Assembly (NCBI GenBank): GCA_001687465.1
Contig: LVLI01000316.1
Location: forward strand, 62,001-89,366
Direction of reading: 5' to 3'
Length of the DNA: 27,366 bases
From: Halocafeteria seosinensis
Taxonomy: Eukaryota
Positions 1 to 11,359 of the stretch are shown here, in pieces; position 1 is the stretch's first letter, and every line of letters begins with the position of its first letter. Under the pieces are notes generated by a model. It did not search any database and was not told the origin of the DNA. It saw nothing but the letters and a program-made list of their open reading frames with translations. A program made the translations under genes and the position numbers.

Positions 1-836
1 ACTCAGACTACGTGGGTACCATTGGAAAATAGCAATGGGCGGTATATGGCATACAAAGTGAAAATATATCACGCGACTAGAGACCAGTTTAAGTTTGCGA
101 ATGGAACATCTGTTGCGTCGAAAGATTTTTGTGACAACGATTGCACAGGCATTGTTGATACAGGGACGACGCTGCTCCTAGTTCCTACGGATTTGTACAA
201 CAACCTCGTAGACGTAATTTGCAACATTGCCGGATGCACAAGCAAGCATATTCTGCGAGGAAGTTGGGAATTTAGTCAGTTCCCCAATATGACGTTCACA
301 ATGGCAATTGATGGAAAAGAAAAGGTAAGCGCCCAACCAGGTTCACTGTGCTGATCCTCTTGCTTAGGTATGTTTCATGGTCGGCACAGCTGCAAGACTT
401 CACAATTCCGGCCACAGCTTTCGTGGGGAATTGCGACAAAGGGAAGTAAGTAAAGCAGACACTAAGTAGAGTCGCTAACGTTCCCTGCAAAGAGTTTTTT
501 GTCCTCCGTGCGCGCAGATGCCACCTACTGGTTGGATCATCCGACAGCTTCCTTTTGGGAGATCCGTGGCTTCGAGCTTTTCAAGGCTCGTTTGATATGG
601 ATAATAAACGCGTTGGGTTCGCTGCTGCAACTGAAGGCGCGGAGTCCACTGCATCAAGCTTTGATTACCCGAGTACTCCGTGGTACAAAAAGATCTGGGT
701 ATGGGTAGTCATCATATTAGTGCTATCGTGTGGGATTTGCCTGGTCCTGTCTATCTGGCGAGCTTGCAAGAAGAAAGGCCCAGAGGAGTCTCAGGAATCC
801 ACGGGAGACTTTCGTTACTTCTATGCTGACATATAA
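1..836 (+). CDS. Pepsin-family (A1) aspartic protease, 5'-partial, with a C-terminal transmembrane helix. Exons <1-324, 390-445, 518-836
   Basis: Second catalytic motif GIVDTGTTLL. Removing introns 325-389 (GTAAGC..CACAG) and 446-517 (GTAAGT..CGCAG) gives a continuous frame into LLGDPWLRAFQGSFDMDNKRVGFA, the pepsin C-terminal signature, then hydrophobic IWVWVVIILVLSCGICLVLSIW and a basic tail. Confidence 0.9.
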
Positions 837-888
837 CACTCCCGACAGTATTCCTAGGTGGATGATAGCATTACTGAAACGCAGTCTG

Positions 889-1212
889 TCAGACGCAAAG
901 AGATTTTCGCTCTGCTTCTGCGAAGAAGATAATTCTAATCTTCGTGAAGTACGTGTTGCCATGAACGGGGATGTCACCTCCTCCTGCGGGAAGTGGGGAT
1001 TCCATGGGATTCCACGTGAACTTCTTGAAGTTTGGTGTTTTTGCTGCCCCGACTCGAGTAAACACTGGTATATACAATTTTGTGTCATTGTTCCCAATAA
1101 TCATTAACCTTGTATACCGCCTGTATTCTTTTAATGGACTCTGGTGCTCTTTTTCCCACTACTTGATTTGAGAACACTATCGTGTAGCTTACTTGCTTCC
1201 GACCTGGAACAT
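889..1212 (-). CDS. Possible small spliced hypothetical protein, about 83 aa. Exons 1212-1193 and 1120-889
   Basis: ATG at 1212, then a 72-nt GTAAGC..TACAG intron (1192-1121) joins MFQVGSK in frame to ORF 889..1104. No recognisable domain. Confidence 0.35.
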
Positions 1213-1223
1213 TATACATTACT

Positions 1224-3835
1224 ATGGCGAGTGCTGCAGCCTCTAATAACAATGATAATGATGGCGATGAGGAGATGGAGGACTTTGTATCGGATATTCA
1301 AGGCGAAATAGGCCAATTTTTCGAGCTTGCGGGGGTCAATTTCGATGAAATTCCTGAGGATTCCAACCCAGCCCCATCTACATCTCATGAACAGCATGTA
1401 GGCCATGAGAATAATGATAATGATGATCATGAAGATGAAGATGAGTTGGGAGATCATGAGGAATTCATGAGAGGAATCCAAGCTACTCTGTCCTATGTTG
1501 GAGGCAAGCCTGGAATTCACCCTCCATGCTGGATGATGATGCAATTAACACGACTACGGGTATTTATTTTATGCAGATGAGAGCTTGTTGGAGGAAGAGT
1601 ATACGCAGGAGTTAAGAATTCCTGGAGAAAAGAGAACGAAAAAGCAGAATTCCAAGGTATGTTTTGCACCCCTTTCTGTGTGGTCTTCACATAGACAAGG
1701 GCATGATACATACAGCCACATAATGACAAGAATGTTAGCGGTGGAGTATCCGGAAACGCTTCTGAGAACTCCGGAATGGAAACGCGTTCTCGAACGAGAC
1801 AGAGGAATTCTCAAAGGAAATCAGATAGTACATCCACGACCCAGAGAACGCGCCATGATGATGCTCAGAGTAGTGGTGGTACTTCGGCAAAAGCATCAGC
1901 CAAAGCTGATGCTGTTGATACAGGCCAAGACAGTCCGAAACTCGAAAGCGTAGAGGGAACGGAAATGGTAAGTTTCGGAAAACATCTCTGAGAGACTCTT
2001 TCTTTAATGAAACGCAATTTCAAATATACAGGAGGAGGATGAGAAGGAGCGGCTAGCTTTGCTCGTAAGGCAGAGGTTTGATGCGGCCATGCGCGCCGCC
2101 AAAGAAAGTAAGAGTGAAGGAGATCAGGAATATACCAATGCTTACTTCCAAGAAGCAAAACTGTGGAAAAATAAAGCAAGTGACTATCTAATCCTTTAAT
2201 CGCGAGTTCATAGATTAGCTTAGTTCTTCCTTTACTCCGCAGCTGAGTGAATTCAACAGAGGCCAATTGAAGCCAGTAGAGCTGCAACGTTACCTTGAGG
2301 ATTTTGATCAAGCAACCGAGGAAAGGAAGGAAAAGATTTCTGCAATGCTTCAGGCCGCACAAGCCTGTCGTGATAGGTCAATTTGGCATTCAAAGGAGGC
2401 GCTACGCGTCAATGATAAAAAGACTGCTCGGGCTGTGTACAAGGTAAAAGTCGCGATGGAGCGTCTTGTTACCGATTTGGACAAGGCCATGAATTGCTCC
2501 TTTCAACCTGCTCCGCCGATCCCAAGTGTGGATAGCGGAAAAGCGGTTACATATAGGGGATTCAGTATACCGCATTCTTCGCAGTCATTTACTATAACCT
2601 TCAGTCCAAAAGAACAAACTGATTTGGCAAATGACGTACTCTCCATCGAGATTTTAAATGCGTTCGACCTCGCCAATTTCGTCAAGGAGCAAACGAATAT
2701 CTTCATGGCTAATGAGCATCTGAAGGCTCCTTCAGATGATATCAAGCAAGTTCGTTTGCGTTTTCTAAGACGTTTCGGTGTGCAGCACGCATCGAACTAC
2801 TTCGACAAACCGGATTTCAAAGTCTTTGTTAAGGCCTACGATCCCTTCAACTCTGGGGGAGACGAGGAGGGAGAAGATGGAACAGAAGGAGCATCGAAAC
2901 TGCATGTTACAAGCAGATCAGTAGAATTTGAACAGCCGGAGGCCTGTGGTACATTCAAGTTCAAGACTTCGCGCAAAAGGTCGGAAAAAGGTGGAAAGGG
3001 TGATATAGTCCCGACTCAAACTGCCATTAAAGCGTTTACCGCGAAATTAGTACATGTTAAAGTGATTGGAGAATTCAAGTACACGAAATTTTTTATGACT
3101 AAGAAAGAGCATAAGTGTATCGCACAGGGAATTATTAATCTGGAACCTCTACTCGCGGATACTGTTTACGAAGTGCTAGTTCCACTATGCTCATCAGAGG
3201 TGAGCATAAGCAAGCGTTTGACGAGCATGGAGTCTCGGCGAGTTAATACTTCCGCTCTAGTCTCAGATCCGTGGCCTTCGAGCGAGGAAGCACCGCAGCT
3301 TGAATCCAGGCGCTTTCCTTTCGGCGCATTACACTTGCGATTTCGAGTCCGCAGGCCTATAAATCCTTCCACAGCTGTTCGAACGAAGGTCTTCGCCTTA
3401 GATATCCCTTCTATCGGTAAATTTCCGGGAAAGAGATCACCACTGGAAGGAGAGTGGGATTGGGTACTGCAAAAATACCCGAAGGTAGATATCTTGCAGC
3501 TTCAAGAGGCTATGAAGAATCCCTTGAGCCCGGCCGTCATACACAGTGACTACGTTCTACAGAAACTTATAGAGAAGCACTCGAACTTTCAAGGGTTGGA
3601 CTTGAAGGCTATCGACGCATTAAGTGCACACCAGGAACGAAGGGACAAACTCGTCGCTCAAGTCCAAAACGGGGAGCTTAGCCCTGAACAATATCTGGAG
3701 AACCTGAGGTCGTCCCTGGAATTGGATCGAGCGCTGGAAGAAACCGTATCTGAAAAATATAAAGAAGATATTCAAGAAAGAATTGCTTGGTTAGAAGAGG
3801 AGATAAGTCACTATGCAGAAACTGAAGACGGATGA
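1224..3835 (+). CDS. CC2D1/Lgd-like coiled-coil, DM14-like and C2-domain protein, about 782 aa. Exons 1224-1503, 1577-1656, 1716-1967, 2032-2175, 2243-3835
   Basis: Four phase-compatible introns (73, 59, 64, 67 nt) chain ORFs 1224, 1585, 1776 and 2267. DM14-like helices (AAKESKSEGDQEYTNAYFQEAK; SKEALRVNDKKTARAVYK), a C2-like region ending INLEPLL...GALHLRFRVRRPI (cf. CC2D1 GGKLEVKVRLREPL) and a C-terminal QVQNGELSPEQYLENL helix. Family assignment from recalled motifs. Confidence 0.72.
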
Positions 3836-4421
3836 ACAATTCTTGAACGAGAATCCATTTTCGTATCAGAGGGAAACGATACAAGTACCGCCTATCCGCG
3901 CACTTAAGGGCTTCATTTGAACTACTCAGAAACCAATTTGGATACCAAAGGGAGCCTAAGATCGATGTGTTGATTATACGCATTGCGGGCGAGAGAGAGA
4001 TGACCATTGGGGGCTCTTTGTATACGCGCCGGTGAACCTACTGGCGAGAAGGTCCACGGCTTCCCCCGCAACTGTGCGGAGCTCTAGCATAACTGATCGT
4101 GTCTACATTACCACGTGGTTTTCTACCGGCAGAACAGTTTGCCCTTCAACTCAGCAGATTGCATTCCATGCTGAATTGAGTAAAGGAAAAACACTACTTC
4201 TGTCAGATCAGATGTCGCTTCGGTAATGGAGGGACTAAATCGGATCGGCTAAACTTTGATGGAAGTTGAGCAGCACTGTGTTGGCATGAAAAGAGTTTCC
4301 TATGACGCGCGGTGGTGTGACACGGGTGTCATTGGTGCTCTATCTACTCAGCACTGGGCCAGCAGAAAATTTACCTAATTAGGAAACCCTTAGCTCATTA
4401 CAGTAAGTGAGCGTAGTGGTC

Positions 4422-4684
4422 GGTAGCCTCCTAAAAATGTAGTCGAAGTGGAATTCTGCGGACGGCCAGGGGTAATGTAGATGCGAAGGTCAACTCTCGC
4501 GCCGGTGCTGGTCGTTTGGCGATGTGTGAATCCAAAGACGTTGAGGGCTAGAGGAAAGGTCTGAAGTTGTGGTCGAGCGAAGTTCAGTTGATCGTAGCCT
4601 CTCCGGGGGATATATAGTCGAAGTGGAAATTGTGCGGACGATACAGGGACGACCTGGGGTAATCTAGACGCGAAGTTAACTTAA

Positions 4685-4686
<2 letters not shown>
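4422..4686. repeat. Degenerate direct repeat, two copies (about 4422-4495 and 4594-4686)
   Basis: Shared blocks in the same order: GTAGCCTC, TAGTCGAAGTGGAA, TGCGGACG, GGGGTAAT(G/C)TAGA(T/C)GCGAAG. Confidence 0.7.

Positions 4687-4687
<1 letters not shown>

Positions 4688-4742
<55 letters not shown>
4688..4742. repeat. Compound microsatellite (AC)n(AG)n
   Basis: Directly visible; a poly-T run follows at about 4805-4820. Confidence 0.98.
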
Positions 4743-5218
4743 TCAGTTGCCCAAAGACGACGTTTTTCTACGGCCCAGTAATTTCCGGAAGAGTGATACA
4801 GTAATTTTTTTTTTTTTTTTAGGCGGCCAAAGTTTGCGATTATGGTATTTATTACGCGGGAAGTCTCGGGTTCGTCAACTGCAAAGAAATGTGTGCAACC
4901 TGCACAACATCTTGTATAACGTTGCCGGTAATCACGTTCCTCCGAAGAATAGACACAAATATATAATGTGCGTACTGTAATCATCGTCACTGTTTTCTCT
5001 GTGCCAATATACACCTAGATCCGTAGTTCGCAGAAGCTGTCTCATGAGGTTCACATTCTGCGGAGTTGCTAGCCTTTCGGAAGGCGCCTTACGCTGTAAT
5101 ACTTGGTAGATTCAAAGCTTCCAGGATTGTTGACTATTTTGGTAGTGAGCATTCGGGCTGTTCAGAACTGTTATTAGATGTCTCAGGGAGAGAGCAATTT
5201 GAATTGAGAGCGCGAACC

Positions 5219-5595
5219 ATGGCGGAGCGGCGAGCTTCGGCGTCATCGACGTCGAAGTCTTCTCACCCCCACTATTGGACACGGAAGGACGTTAAGCGAG
5301 TCAGTCGAGAATCGGACCGAAAATTAACGATCATCTACCACTACGTCGTCGACTTGACCGACTTCTTTCAACTCCATCCCGGAGGTCCCGAGGTAAGCTG
5401 ACCTGAGAATCGTCACAGGAAGCTCGTGCCGTCTTGGATACATTCGAGGTTTGCTTGCAGGTGTTGAAGGATGTAGTTGGAAAGGATGGCACGATAAACT
5501 TCGATGGAGTAGGACATAGTCGAAAAGCAAAGGACTGGATGAAAAAGTTCGTCATTGGAACGCTACATCACGACGAGAGACTGGGTAGTAGGTAG
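5219..5595 (+). CDS. Cytochrome b5-like heme-binding protein, 102 aa, no membrane anchor. Exons 5219-5392 and 5461-5595
   Basis: VVDLTDFFQLHPGGPE joined across a 68-nt GTAAGC..TGCAG intron to VLKDVVGKDGTINFDGVGHSRKAKDWMKKFVIGTL. Both axial-His motifs (HPGG, GHS) are present. Confidence 0.92.
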
Positions 5596-7063
5596 TTGAC
5601 CTAAGCCGAAGGGAACTCGTCACTCCCTGGATCTGGATGGAGTATGCCTTGAATGAAGTTCTCATACAACGAGGAGATAGTACACAGAGGTGTGAAAAAG
5701 TGAATGGGGTCGCCACTGTGGAACCCAACCTTCCTGGCGGAGGTCTGAGGTAGACTGGCGGCAGTCCTAAATCCACGTACTTGGTATCCATTAGGGAAGC
5801 AACTGCAAAACTTACATTTTCAAACTTAGTGAAGGAGAACGTTGCGACCAAAGACTGCCAGACTTTTGATGGCTTATGCACAGATGCCCTTCGGGGCAGC
5901 GAGCCGTGGCTGCTCAGAAGCTCATCTAGCGCAGTTCGCATTCTGGACCGCGTATGTAAACGGTACGAAGGCGGTTTGTCTGTTTTTTTTTTGTCTAAAT
6001 TGAATGCTAATATTTTGGCGACCATGATTCACTTGGTAAATGTGGAGCTAAATTCGCGCTTACGTCGAGTGGTTTGGCACAACGGATTCCAGATTTGTTG
6101 ATGACCCGAGCAAGTTGTTGCCCCACCTAACATGGTCACTTTACCATCAGAAGACACATAATCGGGAGGAAGCTTGATGTCATATGCGTTATTTGAATGC
6201 TATTAATACAGAATTCAAGCACTGACACCCAGTTGCATGCTCTGAGCAACTTCGAGATTCAAATGCGTCTCTCAAAGAGCTAACTGTGCCATCCCAACTT
6301 GCGGACAAGTCCTGCTAAGTGCTTGCGATTTATTGTTACCTTAGTTCCTTCCACATCCACGTGTAGCCTGCAAGCGTCCGTCTTGATAGTTGACTTGAAG
6401 CTGGGACACGACACCTGGACGAACCCACAAAACTACAGAATGCAAAAAATGCGGTAGCCCAACCTTTCCCTATGCTCGGTACCAATCAGTACGTTCCACG
6501 TCGTGTAGAGCTTTAGATCCCCTGATTAAACCCCTCCAAAAAAAGAATAAGCTGTGGTTACTCAGTGTCCGTCACTGGTCACTTTATTCGAAAATCATCT
6601 AAAAAAACCCTTGTGAGGGTGTCCAATCAACATCCCTCGTACGCAGAACACCGGCTGGGTGGATTGATTTTCTAGATTGTTCGACCATCTTTTTCCGCGG
6701 AAATAGACATTTGACTTATTTCACGGCCAACCTGATGCCTATTGGTGGAACTCTGATTAGTTGTCGAATTCTGAATACACGGTGTTGAGAGCTGTAAGAA
6801 CAACTTCTCCAGGACGTTACCCTGCCCGTGCAGTTGCTTCACTTTCGAATTGCACGATACCGAGAGATCTTTGAAGGTTTCCACCGCTTAGCTTAGATGG
6901 GATGCTTTAATTGTGACACGGATCAGTCGTCTCACCAATATTGTGGGGTCAGTGGTCTCCAATTGGACACCTTGTTCTGCGCTTGCGACCTCGGGTGGGC
7001 TCAGAATATCCATTCCATTCACCCACAGTTGCTCAACTCTAGCACGGTCGCTGAGGCTTGAAA

Positions 7064-7774
7064 ATGGAACACGAGAAGAAAGAGCCTCAGAATGGGAGCC
7101 AAGATTCGGATGCATCCCAAGACGAGCCGTCGAAGTTACTTCAGACTCGTCGCCGTCCGACGAACGATGAGTTGCAACGGCTAGCTCAGAGAGGTGAAGG
7201 GTAAGTGAGGGTTTCGGGTTCCACAACTGTAGGCCGCAACGACGGTGTGCTCCACTTATTACCAATTATGTGCAGAAAAGTTGCCTTGGAAGCTGCTCGA
7301 AAATTGAGGAACAGAATAAGCGCTCAGAAAAGTAGAAGCAAAAAGCGGAGACAAGAACAGCAACTCGAGTCTGAAGTGGACCAACTCAAGCGCCAGTTGG
7401 CCGAAAAAGACAAAATCATAGAGGAGAAGGAACGACACATTGCATCTTTGAAGAAAAGCATCGCTGAGTGCCCTAATCATCCCGAGTTGGGAGTACACAG
7501 TGAACAACATCCGTCCCATGACGACTCGAGTTCGCAAATCTTTTCCCCTCCCACCGTTCCGCTTGTCAATCCCCAGCTGATACCTGAAAATGGAGTAGAT
7601 CACGGGTTCCAAACTGAGAACACCCATTGTGGACAGATTCCTGCAGACAGGAGTGAAATTGAAGAATACTTTAGCCTTGCTGGCCCGCGTCGTACGGCCA
7701 ACGGTGGCCCGGCTCCCGACTGGGGAATCCGTGCTGACGAAAGGAACGAAGATCCGCTGAAAGAGTTAGTCTGA
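7064..7774 (+). CDS. bZIP transcription factor, about 211 aa. Exons 7064-7200 and 7276-7774
   Basis: Basic region RKLRNRISAQKSRSKK (N-x7-R) followed by heptads LESEVDQLKRQLAE. A phase-2 intron 7201-7275 (GTAAGT..TGCAG) links it to an open exon starting MEHEKK at 7064. Confidence 0.85.
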
Positions 7775-8639
7775 CGGATATCAAAACTAACAAATCTCGA
7801 CTACTCCTGCTTCATCTTTTAATTGATGTTCTCCCGTCATCAGCGCGTTACAACTCGTTAGGGAAGAAGTTATACGGTGCTTGTTATACATGTGCTCCTG
7901 GCATTTGACCTACAGTATATCTCCTAAGGAACCCGGTTTGAGCGAGGCTATACGAAATAGTCAGTATCTGTTCTTGTTCTGCGTATTGACTAACATGTGC
8001 AGTCTGTCGTCTTGGACACATATGATAGTCATGCCATTGACTGTCATGGATAGCCCAGAATTTCCAGATAGTCAGTGGATAACACCATACCCATTCTTTC
8101 AATCGATCACATCGCCGAATAGCCAAGTTGCGCGTTGCGCTGCATGTCCAGTTTCTATGATCCACTTATACATGTAGCACAGCTGCTGAGTGACTGCGTG
8201 CAGGTGTGCTCGATGGAACACTGCGACATGTACGTACGTGGGATAGTCAAAGAAGGGGAATATAACCATCGCTCACGTGCCATTGCTCCCAACAAAATGC
8301 CCCAATGTAGTACTGCTTCCATTCATCCCATATTGGATTCTCCTCAGTTACCGTAGGAGAAAGTCTCACACACACATATGTGACAGGTCCGAAGTCCCAC
8401 GTAACGGATACTGCAGTTACACTTCAAGAAGTTCAAGCGAAACAAAGCCTCGGTTGAATGCATGCCATGCTTGAAAAAGACGACCAATCTCTCTTATCTT
8501 GAGTGACTGCATTCTTCATGTTTTGGAGATAAACTGATTTCGAGTTAGCCACAGTCTGTTTGCCACACACTGTACAAGACTTCTGAGACGGAGAATCCAT
8601 CCGAACCGCGCCTGATTCGTACGCACATTCGGACCTCAC

Positions 8640-9540
8640 TCACAAGCTTTCCAGTACTTGTCCAAAGTGACAGCTTTGGAGTTCTGTCGTTGCAAACAGT
8701 CGACGATTGCATCTCGTGCCTTCCAGAATCTCTCAAGTCTAATAAAGTTAAACATAACAGGTGTAACCTATCGACCATTGCCAACTGGAATCGGGAACCT
8801 CTCCAAACTACAGTCTTTAAATATGGCTGGATGCAATCAGTCAAAATTCACGGACTCTGCTTTTCAGCATCTATCCAATTTGACGTCCTTGGTAATGGGC
8901 AGCTGCACTCAATATCACCCGCGAGAATGAACAAAACAAAATTTACTAACAAAAAAGTAAATAAAAGTTTGATAACTCAAACCACGATAACGGATTCTGC
9001 ATTCGTCTATCTGACAAACTTGAAGCATCTGACCATTTTCAGCTGCACTCAAGGAACCATAACGAGGTCTGCATTTCACCGTTTGCTTAAACTAACGTCG
9101 TTAGATGTTACTTGCTCTTTGCAGACAACAATCACAGATTCTGCGTTTAAACGTTAAAGGAACTGATCATGCCGTTCTGCAAACAATTGACGATTGCGGA
9201 TTCAGGTTTTGAACATGTTTGCGCTTCTGCCTCATTGACATCACTGATCATTAGCGGATGCAATTAGTCAACCATTACGGATGGTACTTTCTGACATTTT
9301 TTCGAAGTTACACTTGCTACGCATGATGTGGTTGCTCCTAATCACCATCACAGATGACACCTACTCTGCTTGAAAGAACTGATTCTCAGTGAATTTCTCA
9401 CTGGCTGCAAGCATCTAACACACCTGCCCTGCTTGAAAGAACTGATTCTCACTGGCTGCAAGCATCTAGCATCGCGTCATCACTGAGTCGGCATTTCAAC
9501 ATTCTATCCAATTTGGCAGCCTTTAGAGTGCTGTGATATC
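8640..9540 (+). pseudogene. Decayed leucine-rich-repeat gene (Cys-containing ~25-aa units, LxxLxxLxMxxCxQxTITDxAFxH)
   Basis: Units such as LSKLQSLNMAGCNQSKFTDSAFQH, LSNLTSLVMGSCTQ/TTITDSAFVY and LTNLKHLTIFSCTQGTITRSAFHR. Broken by the insertion at 8913-8974, a frameshift near 9154, in-frame stops at 9265 and 9292, and a local duplication at about 9366-9468. Boundaries approximate. Confidence 0.85.
8907..8980. mobile_element. 62-bp A-rich insertion (8913-8974) with 5-bp terminal inverted repeats TATCA/TGATA and a 6-bp target-site duplication ACTCAA
   Basis: ACTCAA at 8907-8912 and 8975-8980. Removing the insert and one copy restores the in-frame LRR unit GSCTQTTITDSAF. Confidence 0.75.
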
Positions 9541-10070
9541 ATCCTGCTCGAGGCCGCTTCATGAGACTACGCTGACGAACAAGTTGAACGCTGTCTTGCG
9601 AGGTTTTAGTATTCCCCTAACCCCCTTCAGAAAGGGATGCTGAATGTAACCAGTACAACTGTTTGTCCGACCTCCTAAATTATCCCGTTCGTCCCTGTTG
9701 TTTATCCAAATGAGCATGCTAGTAGCTCCAGCAAAAACAGGGAAGTACGTTAGCGGGTTTGGTTGTGTCAGCGTCAAATCGAACTGTAAAGTTGGATCCC
9801 CATGTCATTAGGACGGAGTCAGCCCGTTCTTCCGAGGTTATTAGCGTTTTTCCTGCTATAGGATACACTATGCACTTCTTGTATTGCTTCTGTAAGCTTT
9901 TACGGCCTTGTTCACGGGTCAAATGGAGGAATTCAAACACTAGATGCGTGAACCTTTTTCAGAGAAGTTTTCACCCGCACTCTCAGAGAGATCATCGAAT
10001 CGAATGGATTGTTTGATATCTATATATACTCCTCTTACTCTGCGTTCATTTGAGCATTCTTTCTCGCGAC

Positions 10071-10958
10071 ATGGGATTCGGTTTTCCAAGGAAAGTTCGC
10101 TTGACGGTTGGAACCATGAATTTAACCAAGCATCAACAATTGCTCCTTCTCTCAGGAATATTATTCACTGGCTTCTTGGGGGTATGGACGCTCTTCAGTA
10201 TATGGACGGTGTATAACAACAGATTTCCCGTCGGATACATGGGAATTAACAGTGACAGTGTCCCAGATTTCGGAGACTCGTACACCTTCAGGAAGGAACT
10301 CTTTCATCAATGGCATTGGACTTACGTTTTGGAAGGCGATGAACGGTGGCGGATCGAGCAGCTATGCCCCACACTGAAGCACGATGCGAAACTCGTCTAC
10401 GACCGCGAGAACGATATAGTGGCTGCCTCGAACCATAAAGTGTACGCGTATGAAGGCAGTGTATGGAATACGATCTCCAAAACCCTCGTACGAGATGCTT
10501 CCGGCAAGGTGATTTACGTGGTTCGCTCAGGCAATCTATGGGAGACATTAATTAATGCCAACCGAATCTGGGTTACCTTGGAGATCAAAGACGGCAATGA
10601 TGACCTCCTCCTCGGATATTCAGACTCAGAAAACTGGGGAATTACGCAGTCAATTAGCCTCAAGCTTCCCGAGGGCGCTGAAGAGGTGAGGCTACATCGA
10701 ACAAAACTCAGCCTCTCGGAATGGAAATGGAGAGTAGAGGCTTCTGACAAACAGCTAAATGATCCCAGACTAATTGCGATGATTATCGCTAAATATGCAT
10801 TTGATGAACATGGCTCAAAGTATAGGACGGACCTCTGTAATTGGGTCTACTTCCTGCTCTGCTCTGGAGGCATAATCGCTCTATTGTTCACCGTCGTCGC
10901 AGCACTTCTAAACGCTTCCCAGTGCTATAGGCAAGGATATATTATTAAGAGAGAGTAA
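10071..10958 (+). CDS. Intronless 2-TM membrane protein with a probable LURP-one/scramblase/tubby-like beta domain, paralog A (start could be 10116)
   Basis: Hydrophobic helices at both ends. The middle is beta-rich (LVRDASGKVIYVV, LEIKDGNDDLLLG) and ends in the helix DPRLIAMII. Clearly colinear with the ORF at 11360-12466. Fold assignment is inference. Confidence 0.8.
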   Translation: MGFGFPRKVRLTVGTMNLTKHQQLLLLSGILFTGFLGVWTLFSIWTVYNNRFPVGYMGINSDSVPDFGDSYTFRKELFHQWHWTYVLEGDERWRIEQLCPTLKHDAKLVYDRENDIVAASNHKVYAYEGSVWNTISKTLVRDASGKVIYVVRSGNLWETLINANRIWVTLEIKDGNDDLLLGYSDSENWGITQSISLKLPEGAEEVRLHRTKLSLSEWKWRVEASDKQLNDPRLIAMIIAKYAFDEHGSKYRTDLCNWVYFLLCSGGIIALLFTVVAALLNASQCYRQGYIIKRE

Positions 10959-11359
10959 ACAAACCAGAGGGAAGCTTGTTCTCTCCGATATGCGAATCAG
11001 CACTGTGCTTTCCGTCACTCTGGAATTCGGCACGAACTTCCACAAGCAATTCAAGACTGATTCGGCATACTATCAGACGGATCAAACGGAGCATGAGGTA
11101 ACTGCTTGACGAAGGTTAAAATGGATGGTCGCTTACACTTAGATTTGGGCTAAGTTGATTGGATTGAGTGCTACAGTTCTTGTAGAACTACCTTACGGTG
11201 CTAAATTCTGACAATGTAGGCAAAGAACAACGCACGGAATTCAGCCCCATTCAAGAAGTGCAACTGGACTCCCTACGAACCTGACGGAAAATAGAGCCAC
11301 AGCAATCATTAGAGGAGTCGAGGTTGTGGCTTGGGAGCTACATGTGAGCTGCGACGAAG

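Noticed and set aside
5552..6420. Overlapping ORFs 5552..6025 (-) and 5781..6101 (+)
   Set aside because: No motifs, and no splice model fitting the local 59-75-nt intron size.
7800..8640. Several short ORFs between the bZIP gene and the LRR relic
   Set aside because: Short, overlapping on both strands, with no domain or splice support.
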